64,000 bases of DNA from Candidatus Nanopelagicales bacterium (GTDB lineage: Bacteria > Actinomycetota > Actinomycetes > S36-B12), in the NCBI GenBank assembly GCA_049431945.1, contig JBMTDJ010000004.1, forward strand, positions 807-64,806, in the 5' to 3' direction. The position numbers were made by a program, and so were the translations under genes. The notes beneath the pieces were generated by a model. That model was not told the DNA's origin. It made no database searches and was given only the letters and a program-made list of their open reading frames with translations. Positions 10,257 through 18,354 of this stretch are shown here, piece by piece; position 1 is the first letter of the stretch, and each line of letters begins with the position of its first letter.

Positions 10257-10603
10257 CGGCGGCTCTCCTCGTGGCGCTCGGCGGCGCGATCGGCGCCAGC
10301 GCTCGCTACGGGCTCGCATCGACGTGGAGCGCACGCTTTCCCTGGGCGATCCTCGTCGTCAATCTCGTCGGATCATTCATCCTCGGGGTCCTGCTCGTCG
10401 AGGCTCGCGACGAAATCCTGCTCTTCCTCGGCGTGGGCTTTTGCGGGGCCCTCACCACCTTCTCCACATTCATCCTCGACACCTTCGCGCTCGTGCGGGA
10501 AGGTCGGCCCGGCATCGCGGGCGTCAACGTCGTCCTGTCGATGTCGGGGAGCATCGCGTCGCTTGCCCTCGGCCTGCTCGTGGCGCGCTCGCTTCTCAGC
10601 TAG
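10253..10603 (+). CDS. crcB: Fluoride channel CrcB/FluC, subunit 2
   Basis: LGGAIGASARY...NLVGSFILG...CGALTTFSTF. GTGA overlap with the first crcB gene. The heterodimer arrangement is common in actinobacteria. Confidence 0.9.
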   Translation: MTAALLVALGGAIGASARYGLASTWSARFPWAILVVNLVGSFILGVLLVEARDEILLFLGVGFCGALTTFSTFILDTFALVREGRPGIAGVNVVLSMSGSIASLALGLLVARSLLS

Positions 10604-11181
10604 CCGCGCCGCGTCGCGCAGTCGATGACGCGTGTTGGCGTGATGACGTAGTCGACGCGGCAGTCATGCGGCTCCACCGGCACATCGTCGATGACGTCAC
10701 CATCGTCGACGATCGCGGCGACGATGGGACGAGGGTCGCTGAGTCCGGCGAGCACCCGATCGTAGAAGCCACCGCCCTTGCCGAGCCGATCGCCCGCGGG
10801 GGTCACGGCGAGCGCGGGGATGAGCAGGGCGCGAACCGGTTCAAGATCCAGGACCGGCCCGGTGGGCTCGGCGATTCCCATCGCGGAGACCTCCATGCTC
10901 TCGTCCGCCAGCACCCACTCGATCCGATCATCAGCGACGCGCGGCAGCAGGACCTCGAAGCCTCGCTCGGCGAGCATGGAGCACAGGTCCACGGTGGGCG
11001 GCTCGGTCCCGTAGGAAGCGTACGCGGTGACCCGTCGCGGACCTGGGACCTGCTGGAGGAGGTCCCAGGATCGCTCGGCGATGAGGGTGCCGTCGGGTCG
11101 CGGCGCTGACCGGCGTCGGGCCCGAGCCGTGGCGCGCGCCGCTGCCTTGACCGCGGATGGACCGGTGTCGAGGGTGCTCAT
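10600..11181 (-). CDS. 5-formyltetrahydrofolate cyclo-ligase
   Basis: 193 aa. GKGGGFYDR motif and MTHFS-like topology. Same position as Rv0992c next to galU. Confidence 0.85.
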   Translation of the reverse strand: MSTLDTGPSAVKAAARATARARRRSAPRPDGTLIAERSWDLLQQVPGPRRVTAYASYGTEPPTVDLCSMLAERGFEVLLPRVADDRIEWVLADESMEVSAMGIAEPTGPVLDLEPVRALLIPALAVTPAGDRLGKGGGFYDRVLAGLSDPRPIVAAIVDDGDVIDDVPVEPHDCRVDYVITPTRVIDCATRRG

Positions 11182-11206
11182 CCCGGCATTCTCCTAGGGT
11201 GTCCCC

Positions 11207-12082
11207 ATGCGCGTGACAACGGCGGTCATCCCCGCGGCCGGGTTGGGCACACGGTTCCTGCCCGCCACCAAGGCGACGCCCAAGGAGATGCTGCCTGTGG
11301 TCGACAAGCCGGCCATCCAGTACGTCGTCGAGGAGGCCGTCGCCGCAGGGCTCGACGACATCCTCTTCGTCACCGGCCGTAGCAAGCGGCCGTTGGAGGA
11401 CCACTTCGATCGCAACCTCGAACTGGAGTCGGCACTCGAGGCCAAGGGAGATGTGGATCGGCTGCGCAGCGTGACGGCCTCCAATGACCTCGCGCGCATC
11501 CACTACGTGCGTCAAGGAGACGCACTCGGTCTGGGGCACGCGGTGCACGTGGCCGAGCAGCACGTCGGTGACCAGCCTTTCGCGGTCCTGCTCGGCGATG
11601 ACCTGATCGATCCACGTGACCCCGTGCTGCGCCACATGATCGACGTGCGCGAGCGCCTAGGCGGGTCCGTCCTGTGCCTCATGGAAGTGCCGCGTGAGCA
11701 GATCTCGCTGTACGGGTGCGCGGCCGTGGAGCCGTCCGACGCCGACGGAGTGGTGCGCGTGATGGACCTGGTCGAGAAGCCCGACGTCGCCGCGGCTCCG
11801 AGTTCGCTCGCCGTTATCGGCCGCTACATCCTGGATCCTGAGATCTTCTCCGTACTTGAGCGCACCCCCCCGGGGCGCGGTGGTGAAATTCAACTCACCG
11901 ATGCCCTGCGCGAACTCGCGCTCGCCGGCCGCGTCCACGGTGTGCTCTTCCGCGGCCGCCGCTACGACACAGGTGATCGGCTGTCATATCTCCAGGCGGT
12001 GATCCGCCTCGCATTGGAGCGCGAGGACCTCGGTCCTGCGCTGCGGGCCTGGCTTCCCGGGGCACTCGAGAGCGAGGGATGA
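11207..12082 (+). CDS. galU: UTP--glucose-1-phosphate uridylyltransferase
   Basis: AVIPAAGLGTRFLPATKATPKEMLPVVDKPAIQYVVEEA is the canonical GalU N-terminus. Confidence 0.96.
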   Translation: MRVTTAVIPAAGLGTRFLPATKATPKEMLPVVDKPAIQYVVEEAVAAGLDDILFVTGRSKRPLEDHFDRNLELESALEAKGDVDRLRSVTASNDLARIHYVRQGDALGLGHAVHVAEQHVGDQPFAVLLGDDLIDPRDPVLRHMIDVRERLGGSVLCLMEVPREQISLYGCAAVEPSDADGVVRVMDLVEKPDVAAAPSSLAVIGRYILDPEIFSVLERTPPGRGGEIQLTDALRELALAGRVHGVLFRGRRYDTGDRLSYLQAVIRLALEREDLGPALRAWLPGALESEG

Positions 12083-12083
12083 C

Positions 12084-13301
12084 ATGAGATCGGTCGAGGA
12101 TCACCAGCGCATCGTGCTGGGCGATGCCCGTCCCTTGCCGACTGAGCGCGTGCCGCTGCTCGGCGCGGAGGGTCTCGTGCTGGCCGAGGCCGTGTCGGCC
12201 GCCTGGCCACTGCCCGCGTTCGACAACAGTTCCATGGACGGGTACGCCGTGCGAGCGGCCGATGTTGCAGGTGCAAGCGACGGCACTCCCGTGCGCCTGC
12301 CCGTGCATGGTGATCTGGCGGCGGGTCAGGAATCGATTGACAGCCTCGATCCCGGCACTGCGGTGCGGATCATGACGGGGGCTCCCGTTCCCACGGGCGC
12401 GGACGCCGTTGTCCCGGTGGAGTGGACCGACGCGGCCACGGACGTCGTCGCGATCAACCAGGTCCCGGATGCCGGCGCCCATATCCGTCGCCGCGGGGAG
12501 GACGTCGCCGCGGGCGCGGTCGTTCTCGAGCCTGGGACACCCATCAATGCACGAGTGATCGCCATGCTCGCCGCTGTGGGCCTGCCCGACATCCCCGTGC
12601 ATCGTCGTCCCCGCGTCGCCGTCATCTCCACCGGCGACGAACTCGTCGACCCTGGAGTGGCCCCCGGCCCGGGGCAGATCGTCGACTCCAACAGCTACAT
12701 GCTCACGGCTGCAGTCCGCGAGGCCGGGGCGGAGGGCGTGCGCATCGGCCCGGTGCCGGACGATGAGGAGACCCTCGAGGCGATCCTGCGCGAGGAGGCC
12801 GCGCGCAGCGACCTCATCCTCACGTCGGGAGGCGTGAGCATGGGGGCGTACGACACAGTGAAATCGGTGCTCACGCGCATGGGAGGGGTGGACTTCGTCA
12901 AGGTCGCCATGCAGCCGGGGATGCCCCAGGGCTCAGGTAGCGTCGGCACGACGCCGATCGTGACGCTGCCCGGCAACCCGGTCAGTTCGTACGTGTCCTT
13001 CGAAGTGTTCGTCAGGCCCCTGATCCGTCGAATGCTCGGCCACGTCGTGATTGAGCGCCCTCGCCTCCACGCCATCTGCGCGCGAGAGTTCGGCTCTCCA
13101 CCAGGCAAGACCCAGTTCGCCCGCGTGAGACTCGACCTCCGCGATGGACTGCTCATGGCCGAACCGGAGGGTGGCCAAGGCTCGCACATCATCGGTGGGC
13201 TCTCGCGCGCCGACGGCCTTGCCGTCGTTCCCGCCGCCACGGATCGCGTGCACGTGAGTGACGAGCTCGTGGTCTGGGATCTTCGCGGAGGGATGCAATG
13301 A
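12084..13301 (+). CDS. moeA: Molybdopterin molybdenumtransferase MoeA
   Basis: 405 aa. PAFDNSSMDGYAVR, TGAPVP.GADAVVPVE, ISTGDELV and SGGVSMGAYD blocks. Confidence 0.94.
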   Translation: MRSVEDHQRIVLGDARPLPTERVPLLGAEGLVLAEAVSAAWPLPAFDNSSMDGYAVRAADVAGASDGTPVRLPVHGDLAAGQESIDSLDPGTAVRIMTGAPVPTGADAVVPVEWTDAATDVVAINQVPDAGAHIRRRGEDVAAGAVVLEPGTPINARVIAMLAAVGLPDIPVHRRPRVAVISTGDELVDPGVAPGPGQIVDSNSYMLTAAVREAGAEGVRIGPVPDDEETLEAILREEAARSDLILTSGGVSMGAYDTVKSVLTRMGGVDFVKVAMQPGMPQGSGSVGTTPIVTLPGNPVSSYVSFEVFVRPLIRRMLGHVVIERPRLHAICAREFGSPPGKTQFARVRLDLRDGLLMAEPEGGQGSHIIGGLSRADGLAVVPAATDRVHVSDELVVWDLRGGMQ

Positions 13302-13774
13302 GCGGAGAGTTCACGCACCTCGATGCCCGCGGTGCCGCGCGCATGGTCGATGTGAGCGGCAAGGACGTCACCGTACGCACGGCGACGGCATCGGGCCGGG
13401 TCGTCGTCTCCCCGGAGGTGATCGCACTCCTGCGCGGTGCCGGCGTTCCCAAGGGGGACGCCCTTGCGGTAGCCCGCATCGCGGGTATCCAGGCGGCGAA
13501 GCGCACACCCGAGCTCGTCCCCCTATGCCATCCCCTTGCCATCCACGGAGTCGATGTCTCCCTCGAGGTCGAGGACACCGAGGTGTCCATCGTGGCGACG
13601 GTCCGAACGGCTGATCGCACGGGAGTCGAGATGGAGGCCCTCACGTGCGTTGCCGTGGCAGGACTCGCCCTCATCGACATGGTGAAGGCCGTCGATCCTG
13701 CCGCGGTCATCTGCGACGTCCGCCTGGACGAGAAGACCGGAGGCAAGCGCGGACACTGGGTGCGGCCGTCGTGA
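13298..13774 (+). CDS. moaC: Cyclic pyranopterin monophosphate synthase MoaC
   Basis: ATGA overlap with moeA. THLDARGAARMVDVSGKDVT..., LCHPL, GVEMEALT and DMVKAVD motifs. Confidence 0.95.
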   Translation: MSGEFTHLDARGAARMVDVSGKDVTVRTATASGRVVVSPEVIALLRGAGVPKGDALAVARIAGIQAAKRTPELVPLCHPLAIHGVDVSLEVEDTEVSIVATVRTADRTGVEMEALTCVAVAGLALIDMVKAVDPAAVICDVRLDEKTGGKRGHWVRPS

Positions 13775-14421
13775 CGAAGGGGTGGCCGGCGCGACTGCGT
13801 GAGGGACGCGTGGAGTTGCGGCCGCTGCGACTTCGGGATGCCTCCGCGTGGCGTGAGGTGCGCACGCGCAATGCGCGATGGCTGCGTCGGTGGGAGGCCA
13901 CCCTGCCCCTGTCGGAGCACGATGCCCCGACGACGTACGCAGCCATGGTGCGCCGGCTGCGTGCCGAGGCGCGCGAAGGCAGGAGCCTGCCCTTCGCGCT
14001 CGTCGTCGACAGCGCGTTCGCCGGACAGGTGACCGTCGGAGGGATTTCCCGCGGCTCGCTACTGAGCGCGTACGTCGGATACTGGATCGATGAGCGCTTC
14101 GCGGGCCAGGGAATCATGCCGACGGCTGTCGCGATGACCACGGACCACTGCTTCCGCGATGTCGGTCTGCATCGAGTGGAGATCAACATCCGACCCGAGA
14201 ACGCCGCATCGCTGCGTGTCGTCGACAAACTCGGCTTCCGGCAGGAGGGGACCCGGGAGAGATACCTCCACATCGACGGCGACTGGCGCGATCACCTCAC
14301 CTTCGCCCTGTGCGCCGACGACGTGCCCGAGGGCCTTCTGGCGCGGTGGCGTGCATCGCTCGTGGCAGCGGGCCACGCGGCCCGGGTGCATCCGGATGGA
14401 GCCGGGGGACCGAGCGCCTAG
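13771..14421 (+). CDS. GNAT N-acetyltransferase (RimJ/RimL-like)
   Basis: Track ORF 13645..14421, trimmed to GTG 13771 (GTGA overlap with the moaC stop). LRPLRLRDASAW..., YWIDERFAGQGIMPTAV and HRVEINIRPENAASLRVVDKLGFR are acetyltransferase core motifs. Confidence 0.85.
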   Translation: MTKGWPARLREGRVELRPLRLRDASAWREVRTRNARWLRRWEATLPLSEHDAPTTYAAMVRRLRAEAREGRSLPFALVVDSAFAGQVTVGGISRGSLLSAYVGYWIDERFAGQGIMPTAVAMTTDHCFRDVGLHRVEINIRPENAASLRVVDKLGFRQEGTRERYLHIDGDWRDHLTFALCADDVPEGLLARWRASLVAAGHAARVHPDGAGGPSA

Positions 14422-14486
14422 ATCGATGACGGCATTCGCGGCAAGGCCGCGACACGCCCACGGTCGACGGGCCAGATCCCGCACTC

Positions 14487-15035
14487 TTGGCCCTTGTCCA
14501 CCTAACGTTCATTGATGTGACGGGTCTGATCTATGTGGCGATCATCGCACTGTGGGCCGCCGTCCTGATCCCCATGTGGCTGCGCCGGCACGACGACGAC
14601 CAGGCGCGCCGCGTCGAAAGGCATCGCGTGGCCATGGGCACCCTGGCTCGGATAGCTCGGGATCCCGAGGAGGTGCAGTCCGTCGCCGCCCGGCGTCGCC
14701 GTGTCATCGTTGCCGCGACGGCCACGATCGGCGCACTGGGCAGCGCCGCCTGGGTCGCCGGGCTCGTCCCAGGCCTTGTCGCGGGACTGGCCTGGCTTCC
14801 CCTCGTCGTCTTCCTCCCGGCAGTGATTCTGTCCGAGCGTCGTGCAGCGCGAGTAACTGCCGAACGAGCACTTGAGGAGCGGCGCGAACGGCGCGTCGCG
14901 CGGGCTCACCGCGGCACGAATGATCTCGCCGACCACAGCACCGACAATCGCGAGTTGTCGGACGCGCGCGAGGTTGTCGCACCCCCGCGCGTACACGATG
15001 TGCCGTGGGACGAGGTCTTCGATCAGACAGCCTGA
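14487..15035 (+). CDS. Membrane protein, function unknown (position of Rv0996)
   Basis: TTG start in the track. A GTG 30 nt downstream (VTGLIYVAIIALW) is an alternative. One N-terminal TM helix, two central TM helices and charged Arg/Glu linkers. Confidence 0.6.
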   Translation: MALVHLTFIDVTGLIYVAIIALWAAVLIPMWLRRHDDDQARRVERHRVAMGTLARIARDPEEVQSVAARRRRVIVAATATIGALGSAAWVAGLVPGLVAGLAWLPLVVFLPAVILSERRAARVTAERALEERRERRVARAHRGTNDLADHSTDNRELSDAREVVAPPRVHDVPWDEVFDQTA

Positions 15036-15176
15036 CGGCCAGGATCTAGGGGCTACGTACGTCCCGGTGCCGCGCCGCGATGTACGTCGGTCACCTGAGA
15101 GGTCGGACTCTGTCGTGCTGGTGTAGTGTCACGGCCTGTCCGAGGGGGACCTCGGCCGGTGGGGCCTTGGCCCCGC

Positions 15177-15250
15177 GGGGCTGTAGCGCAGTCCGGTAGC
15201 GCACCTCGTTCGCATCGAGGGGGTCAGGGGTTCAAATCCCCTCAGCTCCA
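15177..15250 (+). tRNA. tRNA-Ala (anticodon CGC)
   Basis: GGGGCTG-TA-GCGC-AGTCCGGTA-GCGC-A-CCTCG-TTCGCAT-CGAGG-GGGTC-AGGGG-TTCAAAT-CCCCT-CAGCTCC-A. It has the G3:U70 Ala identity pair. CCA is not encoded. Confidence 0.95.
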
Positions 15251-15376
15251 CATCCGCCACGGCCCTCGGGCCCGTGCGCAACCTGGGAATTTTCGCAGGC
15301 GATCCCCCCTGCTCCGCGGCGTCACCGTGCATCGCTCGCGGGCTCCACCTACGGTAGGTCGCCGAGGAGGTAGGTC

Positions 15377-15853
15377 ATGAGCCTGAAGTCACGGAGCGTG
15401 GGCGCGGCCCTCGCCGCTGCCGGAGTAGTGGCGAGTGCGTCGCTGCTGGCGCCGACAGCGGCCGCCGACGGCCCCGTGGCTGCGTGCCACTGGATCAACG
15501 GCGAGTATTACCAGACCTACAGTTGCGACGAGCCGACCGATGGCGTGGACACGCTCGACATCGTGGACTGCTGGAAGCTCCCGGTGTCCGATCGCAGCTT
15601 TGCGCAGGTGAAGACCACCGATGGCTGGTCGCGGTCGGCGGAGGTGACTGTCAAGGTCAGGGGCAGCAGGGGCTGTCCGGAGGGCTACCCGTATCGCACG
15701 GTGGTCTCGATTCCCGGATCCATGCTCGAGGAGATGGTCCCCACGCGCGTGCAACTCGTCATGCCGCGGACATCCGTGTCCAAGCGGATGAAGGAGACCT
15801 ACGTCGCGTGCCTCATGCCCGAGGGCTCCCTCGATTGGTGCCCGCGCCGGTAG
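15377..15853 (+). CDS. Secreted six-cysteine protein, function unknown
   Basis: Signal peptide MSLKSRSVGAALAAAGVVASASLLAPTAAADG. The mature part has 6 Cys. SD-like ggaggaggt lies 5 nt upstream of the ATG. No homolog recognised. Confidence 0.65.
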   Translation: MSLKSRSVGAALAAAGVVASASLLAPTAAADGPVAACHWINGEYYQTYSCDEPTDGVDTLDIVDCWKLPVSDRSFAQVKTTDGWSRSAEVTVKVRGSRGCPEGYPYRTVVSIPGSMLEEMVPTRVQLVMPRTSVSKRMKETYVACLMPEGSLDWCPRR

Positions 15854-15866
15854 GTGCGTCGGCGCC

Positions 15867-17441
15867 CTAGATCCAGGTCGGCATCCACATGCGCCACGTC
15901 CACTGCGTGTAGGGGATGACCTCCGCGGTCCAGACCGGGTAGAACCACCATGCCGCGACGACGACCATGAGCATGATGCCTGCCGCGACCCATGTGCCCG
16001 CCCTGCGGCGCTCCGCGCTGGCGTCCGGAGTCCCGACGAGGGCGCCGATCATCATGGCGAGCGCCATGGCGATGTACGGCAGGAATACGACCGAGTAGAA
16101 CGAGAAGATCGTCCGGTCCAGGTACAGCAGCCATGGCGCCCAGCCGGCAAGCACGGCGAGGAGGACCGCTCCGGACCGCCAGTCGCGACGGGCGATCCAT
16201 CGCCAGATGAGATAGAGCAAGGCGATCGACCCGATCCACCAGATGACCGGATTGCCCAGGGCGAGGACCTCCGCGGCACATGAGTCGGCTGTGCAACCGG
16301 ACTCGCCACCTTCCAGGCTCGACCAGTAGAACGACGTGGGCCGGGTCTGGACGAACCAACTGAGCGGATTCGACTGGTAGGAGTGGTCCCCGGTGAGCCC
16401 GACGTGGAAGTTCCACGCCTGCGAGTGGTAATTCCACAGGGCTCGCAGTGCGGCCGGTATCGGCGAGGGATCGTCGTCCGCCCACTGGCGCCCCCAGCCA
16501 CCGCTCGTGAGGAGCCAGCCGGACCAGCTCACCAGGTAGGTCACGGCCGCGGTGCCGACCATGGCGACAAAGGCGATCGGTGCGCTGCGCAGGAGTGACA
16601 CCGACCACGGCCGAGCCACGCCGAGGCGCCGGCGCAGGGAGACATCCCAGATGACGGTGAGCAGCCCGAAGGCGGCCAGGTACCACAGCCCCGACCACTT
16701 CACGGCGCAGGCGAGGCCGAGGGCCAGGCCCGCTGCCCATCGCCACGGCCGCGGCCCCAGCGCCGGACCCCACGCGTCGAGGGTGCCAGGCGGATGAGTC
16801 ACGAGGCGTTTTCGCACCTGGTCTCGGTCGATCAGCAGGCAGCCGAATGCGGCGAGCACCGTGAAGGAGAGCACCATGTCGAGCACCGCTGTCCGGCTGG
16901 TGACCAGGTGCATTCCGTCGAGTGCGACGAGTACGCCGGTGACGATGCCGACCAGGTCTGATCGTGTGAGTCGACGTGCGATGCGAGCCGCCATGAGAAT
17001 AGACAAGGTGCCAAGGACGGCTACGGCGAATCTCCAGCCGAAGGGTGTCACGCCGAAGAGCCATTCGCCGCTCGCGATGACCCACTTCCCGAAGGGTGGA
17101 TGCACGACGAACGCGGGGTCGTCCTTGAAGACGTCGATCGTGCGCCAGTTGCCGTCAGAGGCCAGGATGAGCTCGTTGGCGCTGTCGTCGAACTGTTGCT
17201 CGTGCCCATAGCGGAGCAGCGCAAGTGCGTCCTTGGCGTAGTAGACCTCGTCGAAGGCGAAAGCACTCGGGCGCCCGAGATTGACGAAGCGCAGCAGCCC
17301 TCCGACGACCATCACGGCGAGCGGCCCGATCCAGCCCCGCCATCCGAAGGAGGGCATGGGGGTCCAGCCTGACCCGGGCCAGAGCGACGGCTTGGCCGAT
17401 GTGGCCGTCGACGCTCTTGGGAGGGCGGTGGGCGCGGACAT
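15867..17441 (-). CDS. pmt: Protein O-mannosyltransferase (polyprenol-phosphate-mannose dependent, Pmt)
   Basis: 524 aa, polytopic. FAFDEVYYAKDA (the DE motif of GT-C/PMT loop 1). Same position as Rv1002c, divergent from rsmI. Confidence 0.9.
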   Translation of the reverse strand: MSAPTALPRASTATSAKPSLWPGSGWTPMPSFGWRGWIGPLAVMVVGGLLRFVNLGRPSAFAFDEVYYAKDALALLRYGHEQQFDDSANELILASDGNWRTIDVFKDDPAFVVHPPFGKWVIASGEWLFGVTPFGWRFAVAVLGTLSILMAARIARRLTRSDLVGIVTGVLVALDGMHLVTSRTAVLDMVLSFTVLAAFGCLLIDRDQVRKRLVTHPPGTLDAWGPALGPRPWRWAAGLALGLACAVKWSGLWYLAAFGLLTVIWDVSLRRRLGVARPWSVSLLRSAPIAFVAMVGTAAVTYLVSWSGWLLTSGGWGRQWADDDPSPIPAALRALWNYHSQAWNFHVGLTGDHSYQSNPLSWFVQTRPTSFYWSSLEGGESGCTADSCAAEVLALGNPVIWWIGSIALLYLIWRWIARRDWRSGAVLLAVLAGWAPWLLYLDRTIFSFYSVVFLPYIAMALAMMIGALVGTPDASAERRRAGTWVAAGIMLMVVVAAWWFYPVWTAEVIPYTQWTWRMWMPTWI

Positions 17442-17479
17442 CCGCCCATCGTAGGTTCGGACCCTGCCAGGATGGGCAG

Positions 17480-18343
17480 GTGTCCGCGCCCACCGGGGTC
17501 CTCATGATCGCCGCGACGCCCCTGGGCAACATCGGCGATGCCAGCGCGCGCCTCGTCGAGGCCCTGGCTCGCACGCCCGTCATCGCGGCGGAGGACACCC
17601 GGCGGCTGCACCGGCTCGCTCGGGATCTCGGCGTGACCTTGTCCGCCGAGGTGATCTCACTGCACGATGCAGTCGAGGAGAGCCGCACTCGCCGCGTGGT
17701 CGAACGCCTGCAGCGGGGGGAAGGGGTCCTGCTCGTGAGCGACGCCGGGATGCCCCTCATCAGCGATCCGGGCTATCGGCTCGTGCGCGCCTGCATTGAC
17801 GAGGGCATTCCCGTGACGGTGCTGCCCGGGCCGAGTGCGGTGCTCGCCGCGCTTGCCGTCTCGGGGCTCCCGGTCGATCGATTCTGCTTCGAGGGCTTCC
17901 TCCCACGCCGTGCTGGCGAACGCCGGCGCCGCATCGAGGATCTCGCTGATGAGCGCCGCACGATGGTCTTCTTCGAAGCACCGCACCGCCTGGTCGAGAC
18001 ACTCGACGCGCTGGCGTCGGGTCTCGGGCCGGAGCGTGCCGCGGCCATCTGCAGGGAAATGACCAAGACCTACGAGGAAGTACTCCGAGGATCTCTCGGC
18101 GAACTCGCTACGAGCATCCCCGAGCCGCGCGGCGAGATCACCGTTGTCGTCGCCGGAGCGACATCGACGCGAACGACGGGGGATCCGGCCGAGTGGGCGG
18201 CTGACGTAGCGAGTCTCGAGGCCGCGGGATCCGATCGCCGATCCGCGATCACCACCGTCGCACGGCGACGTGGCGTGGCGCGCAGGGAAGTCTTCGACGC
18301 GGTCGTGCAAGCCAAGGGTCGGGCGAGGGGGGACGGAAAGTAG
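17480..18343 (+). CDS. rsmI: 16S rRNA (cytidine1402-2'-O)-methyltransferase RsmI
   Basis: Track ORF 17399..18343, trimmed to GTG 17480 (VSAPTGVLMIAATPLGNIGDAS...). TPVIAAEDTR, LVSDAGMPLISDPG and FFEAPHR motifs. Confidence 0.92.
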   Translation: MSAPTGVLMIAATPLGNIGDASARLVEALARTPVIAAEDTRRLHRLARDLGVTLSAEVISLHDAVEESRTRRVVERLQRGEGVLLVSDAGMPLISDPGYRLVRACIDEGIPVTVLPGPSAVLAALAVSGLPVDRFCFEGFLPRRAGERRRRIEDLADERRTMVFFEAPHRLVETLDALASGLGPERAAAICREMTKTYEEVLRGSLGELATSIPEPRGEITVVVAGATSTRTTGDPAEWAADVASLEAAGSDRRSAITTVARRRGVARREVFDAVVQAKGRARGDGK

Positions 18344-18354
18344 GATCGCGCCCT

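Noticed and set aside
10600-10603. Convergent genes sharing a palindromic CTAG double stop (also at 61837..61840)
   Set aside because: It is real in the sequence: crcB-2 with the MTHFS gene, and the ABC-2 permease with greA. It is a trivial consequence of TAG stops on both strands in a compact genome, with no regulatory implication that I can support.
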